Assembly: GCA_965205505.1 (NCBI GenBank)
Contig: CBDBHB010000009.1
Location: 2,048,001 to 2,112,000, forward strand
Direction of reading: 5' to 3'
Source of the DNA: Acidobacteriota bacterium
GTDB lineage: Bacteria > Acidobacteriota > UBA890 > WLXD01
DNA: 64,000 bases
Below, piece after piece: positions 58,599-64,000 of the stretch. The first letter of the stretch is position 1. Each line of letters starts with the position of its first letter. The notes beneath the pieces were generated by a model. That model was given only the letters and a program-made list of their open reading frames with translations. It did no database searches and was not told where the DNA came from. Made by a program: the position numbers and the translations under genes.

Positions 58599-58677
58599 CG
58601 ATCGGCCCTTTCCGCAGTCAGTTGTCACCGTCCCGATATTTCTGTAATTCCCTGACAAACAATGGGTTAAGTCAAGG

Positions 58678-58751
<74 letters not shown>

Positions 58752-58941
58752 ACCCTGGAATGCCGCTGCGCGGAAGCCGGGTACTAGTGGACTGTAACGG
58801 CTGAACGCTCATTGCAGCGCCGGCCGGCGACGCGATGTCCGGCGTTGCGCCACCTCGACGTAGGTCCTTTGTACGCCTGCGTCGGCGCGCCTTGTCCTGG
58901 CGCCGCTGCACTGAACGTTCAGCCGTCACAGTCCACAGATG

Positions 58942-59014
58942 TGGGCCGTCAGGGGATCGAACCCTGGACACCCGGCTTAAAAGGCCGGTGCTCTGCCAAC
59001 TGAGCTAACGGCCC
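58942..59014 (-). tRNA. tRNA-Lys(TTT)
   Basis: GGGCCGT/ACGGCCC acceptor stem, CCGGC-CTTTTAA-GCCGG anticodon arm, GGTTCGATCCC T-arm. Confidence 0.97.
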
Positions 59015-59130
59015 GCATGCAAGGTTACAGGCCGTTCCGGGTGGCGGCAACGCGGTTGTCTCGCGTCGCTGAACGCGCCATGCTCTACGCCTACGAAGTG
59101 GCCCGGTGTGCCAGGAGCGACGCCTCTTCA

Positions 59131-59364
59131 ATGAAGGGCATTACTGCAGAGCAGGTTCGTGAGCTTCGCGGCGAGGACACCGGCGCGGTCTTCGGCGAGC
59201 GTGTTCGGGTGGAGCTTGCCAACCTGCTCGAGGTGTCGCTGAGCAACATTCCAAAGGTGAGCTACACGCAGGTGTCACGCTGGGAGAGTCGCGGTCTCAA
59301 TCCGAGCACTGGCAAGATCTCGACCTTGGTCTACCTTGCTGCGCTGGGACGTCTACGCCGGTAG
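59131..59364 (+). CDS. Small XRE-like HTH protein
   Basis: ITAEQVRELR...VSYTQVSRWE. Confidence 0.55.
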   Translation: MKGITAEQVRELRGEDTGAVFGERVRVELANLLEVSLSNIPKVSYTQVSRWESRGLNPSTGKISTLVYLAALGRLRR

Positions 59365-59398
59365 GGAACGCCGCCCTCACCGTGGCCTGATAGGTCTG

Positions 59399-60700
<1,302 letters not shown>

Positions 60701-60882
60701 CTAGCTTCCTGAGTCAGAGGTGCGTCGCGTATTGAAAGGCGCACTCCGCACACAGATCTGGTGCGGAGAGAAGGAGGGATTCGACACGGGGATCGTAGCA
60801 AGCGCCCATCGGAGCGACAAGCAGCCGGTATGCTACGGAGCTGCCGCCCGATGGGCAGCGCCGGTGGCGAGGGCAACAACCG

Positions 60883-61086
60883 ATGAATCTCGATTGGAAG
60901 CTCATCTGGATCGCCTTGGGCCTCGTGCTGATCATCGAGGGGTTGCCGTATTTTCTGTTCCCGGATCGCGCCGTGGCGATGTTGCGCCAGCTGGAGGATG
61001 CCGGCCCCGGGGCATTGCGGCTCTTCGGCTTCCTGGCGATGATGGCAGGCGTCGTTTTCTTGGTTGTCGGACGATGGCTTACCTAA
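60883..61086 (+). CDS. DUF2065 (YjeT-like) small membrane protein
   Basis: ALGLVLIIEGLPYFLFP...LRLFG. Confidence 0.85.
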   Translation: MNLDWKLIWIALGLVLIIEGLPYFLFPDRAVAMLRQLEDAGPGALRLFGFLAMMAGVVFLVVGRWLT

Positions 61087-62609
61087 TGGCTGGCGGTGGA
61101 ACGACGGTGTTGGAGCTCGACGGTCGTACATTGCGGCTCGCCGATGTGGAACGGGTGGCGCGATCCGCGGGCGCAGAGGTGCAGTTGGCGTCGTCGGCCC
61201 GCGAGGCGATGCTTCGTGCACGGAAACAAGTCGATGCGATCGTAGACTCGGGCGAGCCGGCGTACGGGGTGAACACCGGCTTCGGGCACTTTGCCGAGGT
61301 CAGCGTGTCGGCAGACCAAGTGAGGGAGCTGCAGCTGAACCTGGTGCGCTCACATTCGGTTGGTACCGGCGAGGCGCTGCCAGCTGAGACCGTGCGGGCG
61401 CTGCTGCTGCTGCGTGCCAATGTCATGGCGCGCGGCGCCTCCGGCGTGCGCCCGGCGGTCGCCGACCAGATGCTCGGGCTCCTGCGTGCCGACGTTCTTC
61501 CGGTGGTACCGCGGCAGGGTTCTGTGGGGGCGTCCGGTGACCTGGCGCCGCTGGCACATCTGGCCCTGGTCTTAGTCGGGGAAGGGGAAGCAATGATCGA
61601 TGGCGCGCGCGTATCCGGCGCTGCAGCCCTCCAGCACGCCGGGCTGGAACCTCTGGAGCTTTTGGCCAAGGAGGGTCTGGCGCTGGTGAATGGCACCCAG
61701 GTGATGGCGGCCCTCGGTGTAATCGCCAGCGGCGAGCTGTTGCGGCTGTGCAGCATCGCCAACGTGGCTGGCGCTCTCAGCCTCGAATCGCTGCGGGGCA
61801 AGAGTGGACCGTTCGATCCGGTTGTTGCCGAGCTGCGGCGCCATCCCGGTCAGGCGGTCTGTGCCGACGAGCTACGCCACCTCCTTCGTGGCAGCGAGTT
61901 GGCCAATGCGGACCCCACACGGGTGCAGGATTGCTACTCACTGCGCTGCATGCCGCAGGTACACGGCGCCGCGCTCGACGCCTGCGAGATCGTCAGGCAG
62001 GTACTTCGAATCGAGGTGAACTCGGCCACCGACAACCCACTGGTGCTCGAAGACGGGCGGCTGCTCAGTTGCGGGAATTTCCACGGCCAGCCCGTTGCCC
62101 AGGCGCTTGACTGGCTAGCGATGGCGGCGGCCGACCTCGCCTCGATCTGCGAGCGGCGCATCAATCGCCTGCTCAATCCAAAGCTCTCCGGCCTGCCGGC
62201 GTTCCTGGTGCGCGACGGTGGCGTGCGGTCCGGGTACCTGCTGGTGCAGACGGCGGCGGCCGCGTTGGTAAACGAGACCCGTACGCTGGCGATGCCGGCG
62301 AGCATCGACAACATTCCGACGTCGGCCGATCAGGAAGATCACGTATCGATGGGGGCGTGGAGCGGCTGGAAGGCGGTGCTCGCGGTGACGAATTGCCGCC
62401 GGGTGGTGGCCATGGAGCTCCTGTGTGCCGCCGAGGCGGTGAGCTTCCACCAGCCGGTGCTGCCAGCCTCGAGGCTTGGCGATGCTCATGCGTGGGTGCG
62501 GGAGCAAGCCCCGGCGCTCGACGTCGACCGGTCGCTGTCGGCCGATATCGAGAGGCTGGCCGCCCTCCTGGCGGAGGGCACACTGCTGCACCGAGTGGGG
62601 CTGCTTTGA
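61086..62609 (+). CDS. hutH: Histidine ammonia-lyase
   Basis: YGVNTGFG, GSVGASGDLAPL (MIO), QDCYSLRC, GNFHGQP, QEDHVSMG; TAATG coupling to the upstream gene. Confidence 0.92.
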   Translation: MAGGGTTVLELDGRTLRLADVERVARSAGAEVQLASSAREAMLRARKQVDAIVDSGEPAYGVNTGFGHFAEVSVSADQVRELQLNLVRSHSVGTGEALPAETVRALLLLRANVMARGASGVRPAVADQMLGLLRADVLPVVPRQGSVGASGDLAPLAHLALVLVGEGEAMIDGARVSGAAALQHAGLEPLELLAKEGLALVNGTQVMAALGVIASGELLRLCSIANVAGALSLESLRGKSGPFDPVVAELRRHPGQAVCADELRHLLRGSELANADPTRVQDCYSLRCMPQVHGAALDACEIVRQVLRIEVNSATDNPLVLEDGRLLSCGNFHGQPVAQALDWLAMAAADLASICERRINRLLNPKLSGLPAFLVRDGGVRSGYLLVQTAAAALVNETRTLAMPASIDNIPTSADQEDHVSMGAWSGWKAVLAVTNCRRVVAMELLCAAEAVSFHQPVLPASRLGDAHAWVREQAPALDVDRSLSADIERLAALLAEGTLLHRVGLL

Positions 62610-63358
62610 GTCGCAGCGCGGCGGACGTCAGGCGCACTGGGACGGCTGCGATTGCGCTCCTGGCGGCATTCGCGTGCGGGGCCGAATCGGTTTCGATACA
62701 GCGCACGCGCGAGGTAATCGACGACCTTACGGCGCATGAGTTCGGTGCCGCATCGAGTCGCTATCGGATGTACGAGTCGGAGGTACTGTCCATCGAGGCC
62801 GCTCCAATCTGGCGCCGAGCGCTGGCGCATTCCGACGCGACGGTTCGCGAGTGGGCAGTGGATGCGCTGTCGCGCATCGGCGCCGCGGAAGACGTGGACC
62901 GCATCGCTGACCTGCTCGAGGACACGTCTCGTGGCGTTCGGCAACAAGCGCTGGATGCCTTGATACGAATTGATCCCAGCGTTGCGACTGAGAGCTTCCG
63001 CCGCCGCCTGGAAAGCTCGGTGCCCGAGCAGGTCGTGTTGGCGGCCCAGGGTCTGGCGCAGGCTGGCGCGACGGACGCGGCTCTGGCAATTCTGCAACGC
63101 GCCGGCGACATCACGTTGCCTCCCAGCACGCGCGGCGCGCTGATGCAGCCCCTAGCGGCCATCGGCGACCCGGTTGTCGTTCCCGCCCTGGTCGATCTGG
63201 CTCTCGACGATGCGGCCGACCCACAGCTACGGCGTCTCGCTGCGGAGGCTGCGGTGGCGATCGACACCGCAGATCCGCGTGTCGCCCTGCGCCGGCTGGC
63301 CAGCGCCAACGACGACTACGTACGGGCGTTCGGTGAGCACGGTCTCGAGCTGCAATAG
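62606..63358 (+). CDS. HEAT-repeat lipoprotein
   Basis: TTG start overlapping the hutH stop; LAAFAC lipobox; VREWAVDALSRIG repeats. Confidence 0.75.
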   Translation: MSRSAADVRRTGTAAIALLAAFACGAESVSIQRTREVIDDLTAHEFGAASSRYRMYESEVLSIEAAPIWRRALAHSDATVREWAVDALSRIGAAEDVDRIADLLEDTSRGVRQQALDALIRIDPSVATESFRRRLESSVPEQVVLAAQGLAQAGATDAALAILQRAGDITLPPSTRGALMQPLAAIGDPVVVPALVDLALDDAADPQLRRLAAEAAVAIDTADPRVALRRLASANDDYVRAFGEHGLELQ

Positions 63359-63373
63359 GAGGGCGAGCGCCGG

Positions 63374-64000
63374 TTAGCCTGCGGCGGGCTCCGGCAGAGG
63401 GAGCCGCGATCTGATGGCGGTGAGGGCCGCCGCGGCTGCGGCGCGATGATTGTCCAGTAGTGCCCACAGCCAGCTGCCCGCCGCATCTTCACGGATGCCG
63501 CAGACATGTAGCTCGGAGCTACCGGCAACTCTCGTCGGTGAATCGATTGTCTCACCGTCGGGGCTTGTCGCGTCAACGCAGACCCCACCCCGGCGGAGGG
63601 CGTCGCGCAGCTCCTCGGCCGAAGTGTCGGGCAAGTAGATGCTGGCACCGGTGGCGTGAAAAACCGATACGCGCAGAGCGTTGAGGGCCGGTGCCAGCAC
63701 GCTGAGGCTGCCGAGCTGCTGCCTGATCGCTTCTGCGGCGCCGACGGGTGGCGTGGCGTCGAGCCAGGCATCGAAGGCCAGGCGTCGTCCGAAACTCTCT
63801 TGCGGGCTGTCGCTTAAGCTCAGCATCGCCGCGGCCTGGCTCGCCAGCTCCTGGGTGGCGACGTCCGATAGCTCGGAAGCGGGCAACAGGACCGTCACAA
63901 TCGCACGGACAAAACGCTTGCCGAGGGCACCGGCCAGCGTGGCCAGCAACAGTGTTCCCGCTTGTGGTACGACCAACAGGCCGCTGGCTTCGGGGCTGCC
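63374..64000 (-). CDS. Hypothetical protein, partial (start probably beyond the window)
   Basis: Open frame running to the window edge, convergent with the HEAT gene. Confidence 0.55.
   Translation of the reverse strand, partial: GSPEASGLLVVPQAGTLLLATLAGALGKRFVRAIVTVLLPASELSDVATQELASQAAAMLSLSDSPQESFGRRLAFDAWLDATPPVGAAEAIRQQLGSLSVLAPALNALRVSVFHATGASIYLPDTSAEELRDALRRGGVCVDATSPDGETIDSPTRVAGSSELHVCGIREDAAGSWLWALLDNHRAAAAAALTAIRSRLPLPEPAAG

Noticed and set aside
58675-58677. tRNA-Glu ending CCT rather than CCA as proof of integration
   Set aside because: The adjacent tRNA-Lys also lacks an encoded CCA, so this is uninformative
1-58677. Integron cassette array or DGR/retron as the cause of the mosaic
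   Set aside because: No attC-like AAC...GTT hairpins between blocks, blocks break mid-gene, and no integron integrase or reverse transcriptase was seen
60720-61085. N-terminal extension of HutH in the ORF track
   Set aside because: It overlaps the DUF2065 gene; the real start is the coupled ATG at 61086

Overview
High-GC bacterial DNA, probably Acidobacteriota. This is inferred from the expanded Hanks kinase/TolB-propeller family, an Oar-like TonB receptor, and sulfatase-TPR and DUF5916 genes. Only the right ~5.3 kb looks like core chromosome (tRNA-Glu, tRNA-Lys, purA, DUF2065, hutH, HEAT protein). The left ~58 kb is a mosaic island abutting the tRNA-Glu 3' end. Its intact cargo is a tandemly duplicated operon of a Tat-signal Rieske oxygenase plus an SpdH-like flavoprotein, soxBDAG, gltB, a TonB receptor, a sulfatase, a Mo-oxidoreductase and a tandem cupin. 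Between these lie more than 20 truncated gene fragments, orphan IS6 ends, an IS903-like mini-element, one intact IS3, repeated kinase promoter/5' modules, and remnants of capsid-less terminase/primase elements. Best novelty candidates: (1) a putative periplasmic Rieske oxygenase/dehydrogenase pair, with a CxxCH insert in one paralog; (2) two tandem ~118-nt structured RNAs with a covarying pseudoknot-like pairing; (3) a satellite-like terminase element family with a thrice-repeated ~56-bp motif; (4) a chain of coupled mini-ORFs between soxA and soxG. All family calls are by eye from motifs; no searches were run.
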